Below, one piece after another: positions 9,631 through 17,819 of a stretch of DNA of 64,000 nucleotides. Position numbers and translations under genes: made by a program. Numbering within the stretch: the first letter of the stretch is position 1; each line of letters starts with the position of its first letter. The stretch comes from a virus (taxonomy: Duplodnaviria > Caudoviricetes), in the IMG/VR virus record IMGVR_UViG_3300030330_005258, positions 1-64,000 of that record; one strand, 5' to 3'. Under the pieces are notes generated by a model. That model saw only the letters and a list, made by a program, of their open reading frames with translations, did not search any database and was not told where the DNA came from.

Positions 9631-10077
9631 ATGTCCAACGCCCCATCGGAGTATGATGCTGGTCCGCCGACCGAGCGGGTTATGGTCTACCGTGGTCGTA
9701 ACTCGCGTTACTTTAACGTCGCCCGCAAGGCTGCGCTATGTTCGGCACAAAGCGACTACAAGCACGGCGCTGTGCTGGTAAAGGGTGGTTCTGTCATCAA
9801 CACCAGTTGTAACAAGAACCGCCGCGTATCGTTTGGTTCTCGTTTCTGCAAGGACCATGATGGCATCGCAACCCTGCACGCAGAGTTGGGCGCCATTCTC
9901 GGACTTGAACGATCTGTAACAGAAGGTGCAACCCTCTATGTTGCGCGTGTTGGCAAGGATGGCGGCTTTCGCCTCTCAAAGCCTTGCTCTATGTGTACTG
10001 CTGCGATGAAGCATGTGGGCATCAAGCGCGTCTATTGGACTATTGACAATCACAACTGCGCCATGGGGAAACTATGA
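9631..10077 (+). CDS. Cytidine/deoxycytidylate deaminase-family protein
   Basis: HGAVLV, LHAE, KPCSMC zinc motifs. Confidence 0.88.
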   Translation: MSNAPSEYDAGPPTERVMVYRGRNSRYFNVARKAALCSAQSDYKHGAVLVKGGSVINTSCNKNRRVSFGSRFCKDHDGIATLHAELGAILGLERSVTEGATLYVARVGKDGGFRLSKPCSMCTAAMKHVGIKRVYWTIDNHNCAMGKL

Positions 10078-10409
10078 GAAAGTGTGGCTACTGCGGCGAA
10101 CCGGGACACAACCGACGAACCTGTCCAAAACTCAAAGCAGACAAAGAGGCAGAACTTGAAGAAGAGGTCGTTGTTACCGAGAAGCCCAAGAAGAAGCGAA
10201 AGCAACGCTGCCGCTCTTGTGGCGAAGAAGACGATCACACAGCAAAGAACTGCCCTTACAAGCCGTTGCCCGCAGACGCAGACATCGGACCAAAAATGAT
10301 GGAGTGTGGCTGTTGGTCTTGGTGGCAGCGTGACGGAGAGTGTCAACTTTGCACAAAGGCAATCTACTTTAAGCAGTTTGACGACGACGAAGAAAAAGAA
10401 GCAGCATAA
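10074..10409 (+). CDS. CCHC zinc-knuckle protein
   Basis: CGYCGEPGHNRRTC and CRSCGEEDDHTAKNC. Confidence 0.8.
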   Translation: MRKCGYCGEPGHNRRTCPKLKADKEAELEEEVVVTEKPKKKRKQRCRSCGEEDDHTAKNCPYKPLPADADIGPKMMECGCWSWWQRDGECQLCTKAIYFKQFDDDEEKEAA

Positions 10410-10421
10410 GGAGAAAGTAGA

Positions 10422-10625
10422 ATGAAAATCAAATCTGTCAAATCTATCTACCTTTCTGAAAAGGAACTCAAAGACGCCATTTGTCAGTGGCTTTGTACAC
10501 ACGGACACCTTGGTTTAGCAAAGCATCTGGAAGACAATTTGTGCGAGTTTGAGTGGTCCCATCAAGATGACGGTGTTCATCTTGCTGTCGATATGGATGG
10601 ACAGTTTGAGGAGAACGAAGAATGA
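10422..10625 (+). CDS. Hypothetical protein
   Basis: AAGGAG RBS. Confidence 0.65.
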   Translation: MKIKSVKSIYLSEKELKDAICQWLCTHGHLGLAKHLEDNLCEFEWSHQDDGVHLAVDMDGQFEENEE

Positions 10626-10813
10626 AAGTAGGCGACCGAGTGAAACTCAAAAGCACGAATTCTTGGGCAAGTCCCGTTGTGGCAGGGGTCATTACGAAAA
10701 TTGACCATCAAGCAAGTTGCTTAAACCACAAGGTATATCTGTCTACTGCCCTCGACGGCATCCATCACGATTGGTATTCGCGTAAAGAACTGATCTCATT
10801 GGAGAACAAATGA
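10622..10813 (+). CDS. Small GDLV-family protein
   Basis: MKVGDRVKLK. Confidence 0.75.
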   Translation: MKVGDRVKLKSTNSWASPVVAGVITKIDHQASCLNHKVYLSTALDGIHHDWYSRKELISLENK

Positions 10814-11406
10814 TTCACATTACAGGCAAGATCCCAAAGAGAGTAGCCATCGCTGTAAGTGGCGGTATTGACTCTATGGCTGTGTTAGACTTCCTACGAA
10901 GGAAGCACGATGTTCTTGTTCTTCACTACAATCACGGTACACCTTATGCTCCAAAGGCAGAGGCTCTTGTTCGTGAGTATTGTGAAAGACACAGCCTTGA
11001 TCTGATGGTTGGCACCTGCCAGAAAGAAATGCCTGCTGGTGTTTCTCACGAAGCGTGGTGGCGAGATCAAAGATACGAGTTTTTCAAGTGGGCAACTGAC
11101 CTGCCTATCATTACGGCACATCATCTTGATGATTGTGTGGAGAACTGGATCTTCACCAGCATGAACGGCAACCCTTTCTTGATCCCAAGCAAGCGTGATC
11201 AGTTTATCCGTCCTTTTCTCACAACAGAGAAGAGAGATTTTACCTTGTGGTGCGTCCGCAAGGACGTCCCGACTATCGCTGACCCCAGCAACGACGACAC
11301 CAAGTATCGCCGCAACTACATTCGTCACACCCTAATGCCGCACGTCTTGGCGATCAACCCCGGCATCAGGAAGACGATCAAGAAAAAAGTCCTTGACAGC
11401 CTGTGA
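10810..11406 (+). CDS. tilS: tRNA(Ile)-lysidine synthase, catalytic domain only
   Basis: PP-loop AVSGGIDSM, HYNHG, TAHHLDDCVE, IRPFL, DPSN, RNYIRH. Confidence 0.88.
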   Translation: MIHITGKIPKRVAIAVSGGIDSMAVLDFLRRKHDVLVLHYNHGTPYAPKAEALVREYCERHSLDLMVGTCQKEMPAGVSHEAWWRDQRYEFFKWATDLPIITAHHLDDCVENWIFTSMNGNPFLIPSKRDQFIRPFLTTEKRDFTLWCVRKDVPTIADPSNDDTKYRRNYIRHTLMPHVLAINPGIRKTIKKKVLDSL

Positions 11407-11421
11407 TCGTCAGGTTACATT
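11393..11421 (+). promoter_or_regulatory. sigma70-type early promoter
   Basis: TTGACA-17-TACATT, then ACAAGAGTAAGGAGA. Confidence 0.8.
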
Positions 11422-11441
11422 ACAAGAGTAAGGAGAGCCAC

Positions 11442-11666
11442 ATGCAAGACGTTGAACACAGAGACTTCCGCCTGCAGTCCAATGGAATGGATGAGGTATT
11501 CGTTGTCGCTACTTCTGGCACCCTTGCCGATCAAATGGCTTGGATTCAAGTTGAGCACAAAAATGGTGAGTTGGTTGTTATTGCGTTTTCCAATAACGGC
11601 GCACACGAGGGCGTTGAACTCGGCAAGATCGACAGGGACGGCGCTCTCGTTTTTTCATCGAAATAA
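11442..11666 (+). CDS. Hypothetical protein
   Basis: ATG 11442 follows the promoter-RBS unit. Confidence 0.65.
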   Translation: MQDVEHRDFRLQSNGMDEVFVVATSGTLADQMAWIQVEHKNGELVVIAFSNNGAHEGVELGKIDRDGALVFSSK

Positions 11667-11669
11667 TCC

Positions 11670-11698
11670 TTGACAGCCTGTAATCGCCGGGCTATATT
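11670..11698 (+). promoter_or_regulatory. sigma70-type promoter, tandem set before tRNAs
   Basis: TTGACA-17-TATATT. Confidence 0.8.
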
Positions 11699-11757
11699 AC
11701 AAGAGTAAGGAGAGAGACGCCCTCGCACTCACCGCGAGAGAACATCAAAAAAAATCC

Positions 11758-11786
11758 TTGACAGACGGTCCCCAGCCGGTTATAAT
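11758..11786 (+). promoter_or_regulatory. Consensus sigma70 promoter with upstream A-tract
   Basis: TTGACA-17-TATAAT. Confidence 0.88.
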
Positions 11787-11833
11787 ATAGGGGTGCGGAG
11801 GGACATAGGAGCCTCCCGAAAGAAAAAAAGTCC

Positions 11834-11861
11834 GTGGCAGCCGCGCCCTCCCGGTTACAAT
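11834..11861 (+). promoter_or_regulatory. sigma70-type promoter directly before first tRNA
   Basis: A-tract, GTGGCA-16-TACAAT. Confidence 0.6.
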
Positions 11862-11874
11862 AGGAGGGATATAA

Positions 11875-11951
11875 GGGGAGATAGCTCAATTGGTCAGAGC
11901 ATCGGTCTCATAAACCGAGGGTTCTGGGTTCAAGTCCCAGTCTCCCTACCA
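11875..11951 (+). tRNA. tRNA with CAT anticodon (Ile2 likely; elongator Met possible)
   Basis: Cloverleaf; anticodon arm TCGGT-CTCATAA-ACCGA; CCA encoded; lacks initiator G-C triplet; tilS nearby. Confidence 0.9.
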
Positions 11952-11964
11952 TCTTTAACATTTT

Positions 11965-12085
11965 AGAAGTGCTATAACCGCCCTGCAAGGCATGGGTGAG
12001 ACACGGGACAAAACAGGAGTTGTATTATTTTATTATTATTCGGGCTTTCCTGTGCCAGTTTCAGGTGCAAATCCTGACACTTCTA
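11965..12085 (+). ncRNA. tRNA-ended structured ncRNA, copy A
   Basis: Acceptor AGAAGTG/CACTTCT-A; T-arm TCAGG-TGCAAAT-CCTGA; shares motifs with 13496-13680. Confidence 0.7.
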
Positions 12086-12089
12086 TTTT

Positions 12090-12165
12090 GGGTCAATAGC
12101 TCAATTGGCAGAGCACCGGGCTTTTAACCCGTAGGTTCTGGGTTCGATTCCCAGTTGACCCACCA
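12090..12165 (+). tRNA. tRNA-Lys(TTT)
   Basis: 76-nt cloverleaf, loop CTTTTAA, CCA. Confidence 0.95.
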
Positions 12166-12223
12166 TCCCAAAGGTGTTGTTCCTACCTCAAAAGGAGCAC
12201 TAACTAAAACAAAAGGAAACTAC

Positions 12224-12430
12224 ATGATCACCACTACCCTCGACAGCACCTTCCTACAGGAAGCAACCTACGACAGCAGCCGCCGTATGCTGACTGTTGT
12301 ATTCAAGAATGGACGCACCTATTCATACCAGAATGTTGACAAGACTGTGTATGATGGGCTTATCAACGCCCGTTCTTCAAGCCGCTTCTTCGGTGCGAAC
12401 ATTCGTGGTCAGTTCACCACTGGCTCCTGA
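12224..12430 (+). CDS. KTSC-domain protein
   Basis: DSTFLQEATYD...LTVVFKNGRTYSYQNV...FFGANIRG. Confidence 0.85.
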   Translation: MITTTLDSTFLQEATYDSSRRMLTVVFKNGRTYSYQNVDKTVYDGLINARSSSRFFGANIRGQFTTGS

Positions 12431-12470
12431 TGGGGTAAAAGCCTTGCCCCCGGCTTTGTAGGGGGCTTTT

Positions 12471-12547
<77 letters not shown>

Positions 12548-12553
12548 CTTTGT

Positions 12554-12627
12554 TGGAGCGTCGTTCAAGGGTAGGACCTTGGTTTTTGGCACCAATGATG
12601 GGGGTTCGAATCCCTCCGCTCCAGCCA
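12554..12627 (+). tRNA. tRNA-Gln(TTG)
   Basis: T1-A72, TTGGT-TTTTGGC-ACCAA, CCA. Confidence 0.92.
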
Positions 12628-12641
12628 GTTTAGTATTTTAA

Positions 12642-12729
12642 GGCGCCATGGTGGAATTGGTATACACAGCAGACTCAAAATCTGCCGGACATTATGTCCT
12701 TGTCGGTTCGAGTCCGACTGGCGCTACCA
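12642..12729 (+). tRNA. tRNA-Leu(CAA)
   Basis: GCAGA-CTCAAAA-TCTGC, long variable arm, CCA. Confidence 0.95.
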
Positions 12730-12750
12730 CTTTTTATACAGGAGACAAAA

Positions 12751-13152
12751 ATGGGAATCTTTATTGTAACAGCGACATCAACTGACGACGATTACAAGCG
12801 ACCCTATGTAAGCAGCGAAACTGCGATGGCTACTTCTCGTGAAGATGCGGTTGTTCGTGCAGTAGAGTTCTACCTTGAACGCCTCGATGGTGGGTATTCT
12901 TTCGACTACCACAGCCCATCAGGATTTAACCAGATCATCGAGAAGCACAGGAACAGCCCTCAGTCTCTATTCTCAGCACTTTACGATTACTTCGAGAGCA
13001 ACCCAGAGGGAATGTTTACTGGCGAGTTTGTCCCAGAAACCCTAAGTGTGACCATCAGCGAAAGTGATCACGCCCCACTTGATACAAAACCAATTCTATC
13101 TATGGTTGACGAGATTACTCGTTACATCAAGGAAGAACTGGAAGAAGGATAA
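12751..13152 (+). CDS. Hypothetical acidic protein
   Basis: AGGAG RBS, ATG 12751 (track start overlaps tRNA-Leu). Confidence 0.7.
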   Translation: MGIFIVTATSTDDDYKRPYVSSETAMATSREDAVVRAVEFYLERLDGGYSFDYHSPSGFNQIIEKHRNSPQSLFSALYDYFESNPEGMFTGEFVPETLSVTISESDHAPLDTKPILSMVDEITRYIKEELEEG

Positions 13153-13167
13153 AAGTTTTTTACTTTT

Positions 13168-13240
13168 GACGGCATAGCTCAGTTGGTAGAGCAGGTGGCT
13201 GTTAACCACCCGGTCGTGGGTTCGAGCCCCTCTGCCGTCG
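13168..13240 (+). tRNA. tRNA-Asn(GTT)
   Basis: GGTGG-CTGTTAA-CCACC; 73 nt; CCA not encoded. Confidence 0.92.
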
Positions 13241-13271
13241 CTTTTTAACTTATAGGCACTTTGAGAGACAA

Positions 13272-13484
13272 ATGAAAAAAATCAGTATTCTACTTTCAAC
13301 TATCTTCCTTACAGGTTGCCCGATTGCTATGGCATCAGAGAAGCCAGATTGCATCATCGATCAATGTGATAAGAATGTTTGTACCATTGAGACACCCGAG
13401 GGAACCATTGAGGTTCCGAAGAAACGGAACTACAAGGAGGGCAAGCCTGTTGTTTGCCCTCTATGGTTGATTGAGCCTACTTGA
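13272..13484 (+). CDS. Small putative lipoprotein
   Basis: MKK, hydrophobic stretch, LTGC lipobox. Confidence 0.65.
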   Translation: MKKISILLSTIFLTGCPIAMASEKPDCIIDQCDKNVCTIETPEGTIEVPKKRNYKEGKPVVCPLWLIEPT

Positions 13485-13495
13485 TAAACGATTTC

Positions 13496-13680
13496 GAGAG
13501 CACTAAGTCTCTTTCGCAACAGTAGGGAGCAATTCCGATCAAAACAAAAGAGAACTCAGAACAAAACAGGTCAGAAGTTTAGCCATCCTCTAAATGGCGT
13601 GAGTTTCTGGTTGGGGTTTATACAGATTATTGGGCTTACCCAGCCTGTGCCAGTTTCGGGTGCGAACCCCGATGCTCTCA
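13496..13680 (+). ncRNA. tRNA-ended structured ncRNA, copy B
   Basis: Acceptor GAGAGCA/TGCTCTC-A(CC); T-arm TCGGG-TGCGAAC-CCCGA; shares motifs with 11965-12085. Confidence 0.7.
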
Positions 13681-13700
13681 CCTTTTTACACGGAGATAGA

Positions 13701-13871
13701 ATGTATCAGTATACAGTATTTGCCACAGTTGCAAAGCAAGAGATTGAACTGAAAACATTTTTTGATGATCTTGACGAGAAGCCAATGGAAAAGGCCAAGG
13801 CTCTTGTCGAAGCGAATAAGGGTAAGTTTCGCTCCATGCGAATCGAAAAACGAATCACCCCGATGCTGTGA
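13701..13871 (+). CDS. Hypothetical protein
   Basis: GGAG RBS; TGA lies inside the GTGAC box. Confidence 0.6.
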   Translation: MYQYTVFATVAKQEIELKTFFDDLDEKPMEKAKALVEANKGKFRSMRIEKRITPML

Positions 13872-13911
13872 CATTCCGTGACTTGACAACCCGCCACCCC
13901 CACGCTATATT
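13868..13911 (+). promoter_or_regulatory. Boxed early promoter
   Basis: GTGACATTCCGTGAC-TTGACA-17-TATATT. Confidence 0.85.
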
Positions 13912-13930
13912 ACAGGTGTGAGGAGAGAGA

Positions 13931-14125
13931 ATGACGCTGTATCGCGAAGGCACATTGTTGAGAGACTGCCTCGGTGCCCTGTGGATGATCACGGGCTATT
14001 GTAGAGACGATTTGTTCAGGCGCAAGCCAAATGCGTATGTCCTCAAGCGGCTGGCAGACTCTTCTATCAGTAAGCCTGAGTTTTGTATTGTCCATCGACA
14101 AATGGAACTGGTTTCGGAGGCATAA
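13931..14125 (+). CDS. Small GDLV-like protein
   Basis: YREGTLLRD...MELVSEA. Confidence 0.6.
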   Translation: MTLYREGTLLRDCLGALWMITGYCRDDLFRRKPNAYVLKRLADSSISKPEFCIVHRQMELVSEA

Positions 14126-14295
14126 TGAAGATAGGAGATTTGGTCAGGCACGCCAGTGAATGGGAAGATTCAAGAGGCATTGTTCTACAGTTTTATCCCG
14201 GCTGGGCAACGTATACCAAAGTTTATTGGCTTAGTCATAAACAGTACGGTTCTCATCCTGCTGATGACTTGGAGGTAATCAGTGAAGGTCGGTGA
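14125..14295 (+). CDS. Small GDLV-family protein
   Basis: MKIGDLVRH...LEVISEGR. Confidence 0.8.
   Translation: MKIGDLVRHASEWEDSRGIVLQFYPGWATYTKVYWLSHKQYGSHPADDLEVISEGR
14269..14295 (+). repeat. 27-nt gene-junction repeat, copy 1 (others at 14417, 17633, 17793, 17959)
   Basis: TTGGAGGTAATCAGTGAAGGTCGGTGA. Confidence 0.85.
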
Positions 14296-14443
14296 TATGG
14301 TAAAGTTTGTTGACGGCAAGATTATCGGTCTTGTTGTCGGCACCACAAATGCACCCGATGTCATTCAAGTCCTCTGGCTGCCCGCCCGCACACCTTCGCC
14401 CGCTCGGATCGATCGTTTGGAGGTAATCAGTGAAGGTGGGTGA
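14282..14443 (+). CDS. Small GDLV-family protein (not in ORF track)
   Basis: GTG start; MKVGDMVKFV...LEVISEGG. Confidence 0.75.
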   Translation: MKVGDMVKFVDGKIIGLVVGTTNAPDVIQVLWLPARTPSPARIDRLEVISEGG

Positions 14444-14627
14444 TTTGGTAAAGTTTCGGAAAGACACTTTCAGCGGTTCGGTCGCTTACGACCGCTACCG
14501 GCAACTTGGTATTATTCTTTCTTTTGACCAAGACGACGATCCGAACGTATTGTGGTTTCATCCAAGTTTTCACGGACAAACAGAACCAAACTTTCGTAAC
14601 CACATTGTAATGCTTTCAGAGTGTTGA
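14430..14627 (+). CDS. Small GDLV-family protein
   Basis: MKVGDLVKFR. Confidence 0.8.
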   Translation: MKVGDLVKFRKDTFSGSVAYDRYRQLGIILSFDQDDDPNVLWFHPSFHGQTEPNFRNHIVMLSEC

Positions 14628-14660
14628 CAAACTATTTACTTCTTCCAAAGGAGTATCCAA

Positions 14661-14744
14661 ATGCAAAGAGACATAATGGCCGACATCGGCATAATCGCTA
14701 CTATTGGTGCTGTCGCAGTTATTCTGGCAATCTTTTTCTACTGA
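14661..14744 (+). CDS. 27-aa membrane peptide
   Basis: ACTATTTA at 14631, AAGGAG RBS; MQRDIMADIGIIATIGAVAVILAIFFY. Confidence 0.55.
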   Translation: MQRDIMADIGIIATIGAVAVILAIFFY

Positions 14745-14753
14745 GAGGTAAAA

Positions 14754-15044
14754 ATGAGAGAAACATACGAAATGGTCCAGTGCGCAGATGGCTTTACCGT
14801 GTCTATTCAAGCCGGTAGCACTTTCTACTGCGAACCAAGATCAAACGCTGTAGGCGCATACGAAAGCGTGGAGCTTGGCTTTCCCAACAGACCTTGTATC
14901 TTTATCAAGGACTACGCAGAAGATCCCGAAAATCCAACCGGCTCAGTTTATGGATACGTTCCGGCGCACGTCGTTCGCAAGATGATTGCTGCACACGGCG
15001 GTATTGTATCCGGTGAGTGCCCACCGCTGGTGGAATCTGGCTGA
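14754..15044 (+). CDS. Hypothetical phage protein
   Basis: GAGG RBS; CADGFTVSIQAG...VELGFP...VYGYVP. Confidence 0.7.
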   Translation: MRETYEMVQCADGFTVSIQAGSTFYCEPRSNAVGAYESVELGFPNRPCIFIKDYAEDPENPTGSVYGYVPAHVVRKMIAAHGGIVSGECPPLVESG

Positions 15045-15874
15045 TGTTCAAGAGTCTGCTATTGGCGGCCATTTTCTCGGCACCCCAGCCGGAGTGGCTG
15101 CCTATAGCACATTCACAAGATCGCTGCGTTGTGCAAAACTGCTCGGTTGAGGTCAAGGCTTCCAAAGTTGGCATCAAGTATGCCAACAAGAAAAAAGTAT
15201 ATTCAACCTCTGTGCATTATGAAGAGGATGTCTTCTACCTTGATTATGTTCTCAGAAAGAGAATCCGAGACTTTCTACAAAAGCACCCAAACCAGCGCAA
15301 GTTTGTTGTGACTGGTTTTACAGATGGCTGCGGCTCACACCAATACAACAAAGAACTATCACGCAAACGAGCGAGCGAAGTTGCACGCTATGTAATCTCG
15401 CTGCGAGACGGCGCCGTTGTCAGTATGCGTTGGGTTGGAGAAGCCACCGGAGAACACACCGTAAGAGCCCGTAGAGTCGATCTAAGCGTCTCCAAAAACA
15501 TACAGGAACCTTTGGTCCCACCCAAAATAATAGCCGATTTCTACCTCATAGATAGTTCGGGCTCGATGGCAGATGAAGGCAGGTGGGCATCTTGGGTTTA
15601 TGCCATTAAGTATTGGAAACCAAGGCACGCGCGAGTATTCGTTTCAACGACAGAGTATGTGACAGGTGGTCGAGAGTTGGCCAACATAAGACCCAACGGA
15701 GGTACAGAGATCTGGTATTCATACTACCAGATTCTTGACAAGATGAAGCCGGGTCAGACTTTGTTAATCATTTCCGACTTTGATTCAGAAGTGAGACTTT
15801 CTACCCGAGAAGCAGAAATGATAGAAAGAAAAGTGCGTGCAAAAGGTGTGCGCGTCCAAGCCATCGACCTGTGA
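15044..15874 (+). CDS. Secreted OmpA-like peptidoglycan-binding domain plus vWA-like domain
   Basis: Signal peptide; GFTDGCGSHQYNKELSRKRA...ARRVDL (OmpA_C); IDSSGSM, GGTE, ISD (MIDAS). Confidence 0.8.
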   Translation: MFKSLLLAAIFSAPQPEWLPIAHSQDRCVVQNCSVEVKASKVGIKYANKKKVYSTSVHYEEDVFYLDYVLRKRIRDFLQKHPNQRKFVVTGFTDGCGSHQYNKELSRKRASEVARYVISLRDGAVVSMRWVGEATGEHTVRARRVDLSVSKNIQEPLVPPKIIADFYLIDSSGSMADEGRWASWVYAIKYWKPRHARVFVSTTEYVTGGRELANIRPNGGTEIWYSYYQILDKMKPGQTLLIISDFDSEVRLSTREAEMIERKVRAKGVRVQAIDL

Positions 15875-15914
15875 CATTTCGTGACTTGACGATCTGAGAT
15901 CCCCCGGATAGATT
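15871..15914 (+). promoter_or_regulatory. Boxed early promoter
   Basis: GTGACATTTCGTGAC-TTGACG-17-TAGATT. Confidence 0.8.
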
Positions 15915-15933
15915 ACAAAGGTAAGGAGAGCCT

Positions 15934-16131
15934 GTGTCATTGGACGACATCAACATCGGTGATTTGGTCAGAGCATAGGGCTGGGAAGAACTCTTGGTCG
16001 TCTCAGACATCTACTTTGATCTGTCCGAACAAACATGGTGCTTTGACGCTTACGGCTTGGAAAGCCGCCAAATGAATGACGGACTTTCTTTTGACTTGGA
16101 AGAACTAACAGTAGTTTCGAGGGCAGCATGA
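15934..16131 (+). pseudogene. GDLV-family gene interrupted by an in-frame TAG
   Basis: MSLDDINIGDLVRA*GWEELLVVSD...LTVVSRAA; TAG at 15976-15978. Confidence 0.7.
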
Positions 16132-16307
16132 AAGTAGGTAACATTGTGAAATGGCACACCGACACCGCGCACTTTGCCATAGTTTCCGGCATTGTCATCG
16201 ACACCTGTATGATTGACGGACTCCCCCACGCCACTGTCTTTTGGTTTGATTTGGGAGTTGAAAATCATCATCCCTACATGAACCTGACCACGATTTCGAG
16301 GGCATAA
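16128..16307 (+). CDS. Small GDLV-family protein (not in ORF track)
   Basis: MKVGNIVKW...LTTISRA. Confidence 0.75.
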   Translation: MKVGNIVKWHTDTAHFAIVSGIVIDTCMIDGLPHATVFWFDLGVENHHPYMNLTTISRA

Positions 16308-16486
16308 TGGAACAGATTTCATTTGTTATTCCTTTTGGCGACACAACTGACCCCGAAAAGGTTGCAAAGAAACTTGCCAAAGAGTTGCAGTTTCGCCAGT
16401 GGTATGTGAAGAGGGCAGATCGCGGCAACGACGAAGGTGTCGCAGCAACAACTTTCACCCTTATGGGTTGGACAACGGAGTGGTAG
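16307..16486 (+). CDS. Hypothetical protein (not in ORF track)
   Basis: MEQISFVIPF...; coupled start. Confidence 0.55.
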   Translation: MEQISFVIPFGDTTDPEKVAKKLAKELQFRQWYVKRADRGNDEGVAATTFTLMGWTTEW

Positions 16487-16487
16487 A

Positions 16488-16787
16488 ATGTTGGTGAAAG
16501 ACTTGAAAGTAGGTGCGATGTATCGACTGCAAGATTTTGTTGGATCGCCACAGAAGTTTAACTTTTGCTATTATCCTGACTTTGAGGACTGCATGGTATC
16601 CATTGTCAATGGTGAGGGTCTCGGCGACAAGTTTGTTTACTTGGGGACCAAGACGCTTGAATACAAGGAGGGCTCCTACAATCGACGCTACAAGAAGAAC
16701 ACATGGCGTCTTGGGTTGTTTGGCGACAAGGTGTTGCCAATCGCACCAGACATTTGGACTTACATTGAGCCAATGGAGGAAACATGA
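16488..16787 (+). CDS. GDLV-like protein
   Basis: MLVKDLKVGAMYRL. Confidence 0.7.
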   Translation: MLVKDLKVGAMYRLQDFVGSPQKFNFCYYPDFEDCMVSIVNGEGLGDKFVYLGTKTLEYKEGSYNRRYKKNTWRLGLFGDKVLPIAPDIWTYIEPMEET

Positions 16788-17047
16788 GAGTATCTGAACT
16801 GAAGGTCGGAGAACTTTACAAGATTCGTTCCGACCGCAAAACACACGTCCTTGTCCGTCGCGGGATGCTTGATGTCCATGTTGGCCATGGACACTTTGAA
16901 GCAGAAGCAAAGATCAGACCCTTCGACCATCTTGTCTATCTTGGCGGCATCGCCGGAAGTAGACGAGTGATGTATCGCGGTGAAAAGTTGCGGGTTTATC
17001 CCAACGTATGGCAGCACATCGTGCCCCTTGAGGATGACATTTCGTGA
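16784..17047 (+). CDS. GDLV-like protein
   Basis: MRVSELKVGELYKI; stop inside second GTGAC box. Confidence 0.7.
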   Translation: MRVSELKVGELYKIRSDRKTHVLVRRGMLDVHVGHGHFEAEAKIRPFDHLVYLGGIAGSRRVMYRGEKLRVYPNVWQHIVPLEDDIS

Positions 17048-17077
17048 CGTGACAGACTGAGATCCCCGTGCTATGTT
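17034..17077 (+). promoter_or_regulatory. Boxed early promoter
   Basis: ATGACATTTCGTGAC-GTGACA-17-TATGTT. Confidence 0.8.
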
Positions 17078-17096
17078 ACAGGGACAAGGAGAAGCC

Positions 17097-17447
17097 ATGC
17101 GTGCTCACATGATTGACTGTGCCGTCTGCGAAGAGACTTTCGACCTTCACTCGCCCGAGAAGAAGCGCGCGGGCGGTCTGCGTAACCATTGTCCCGACTG
17201 CGCGGAGGAAACGGCTGTGCCGTATCTCGCGGTCAATGGTGCCGATGGCAAGATGGCAGGTCTCACGATCCTTGCGTTTGATTCTGCCGAGGACCGAGAA
17301 AAGTATAAGAAGGCTTGGCACAACAATACTGGCATGAACAAGGGCAAGTCCTGTCACCTGTCCACTTCCAACACACCGATGAATGGTATGAAGTTTCGCC
17401 GCGTCGGTGAGAACTTTGGCAACTCCAACCACAAGGGTAAGTTGTAA
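17097..17447 (+). CDS. Zinc-ribbon protein
   Basis: CAVC...CPDC; AAGGAG RBS. Confidence 0.7.
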   Translation: MRAHMIDCAVCEETFDLHSPEKKRAGGLRNHCPDCAEETAVPYLAVNGADGKMAGLTILAFDSAEDREKYKKAWHNNTGMNKGKSCHLSTSNTPMNGMKFRRVGENFGNSNHKGKL

Positions 17448-17659
17448 TGAAGGTTGGTGATCTGATTAGGGTTCAATCCTTTCATGAACATATTTCAAAA
17501 TGTAAACTTTTCATTGTTATGAGAAGAGAAATAAACCCTCTTGGACATGAAATAGTTTGGATTTATCCAGATCCTGAACCTGAGCAGGATTACGATCATA
17601 CCGATGACGACAACTATTACTTCGCTGATGCGTTTGAGGTAGTCAATGAAAGTAGGTGA
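17447..17659 (+). CDS. Small GDLV-family protein
   Basis: MKVGDLIRV...FEVVNESR. Confidence 0.8.
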   Translation: MKVGDLIRVQSFHEHISKCKLFIVMRREINPLGHEIVWIYPDPEPEQDYDHTDDDNYYFADAFEVVNESR

Positions 17660-17819
17660 CATTGTGAGATTCAAGAAAGATGTTCTTGGTCTTGAAAACC
17701 AACGTGGCATTGTTGTTGCCGACAATGGAGGCGCTGTTGATGTTTATTGGTACAAGGGTCCCAAAATGGTCATTACCGACCTCAAAGAGTTTCTGGTGGT
17801 AGTCAATGAAAGTGGGTGA
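17646..17819 (+). CDS. Small GDLV-family protein (not in ORF track)
   Basis: MKVGDIVRF...LVVVNESG. Confidence 0.78.
   Translation: MKVGDIVRFKKDVLGLENQRGIVVADNGGAVDVYWYKGPKMVITDLKEFLVVVNESG

Noticed and set aside
12446-12470. Intrinsic terminator GCCCCC-loop-GGGGGC-TTTT
   Set aside because: It abuts tRNA-Arg inside the tRNA cluster and has a short U-tract, so it cannot be told apart from a processing stem.
15976-15978. Genome-wide TAG recoding
   Set aside because: TAG cleanly ends many genes just before the next start (1236, 5725, 8851, 35338). Only one interrupted gene was found.
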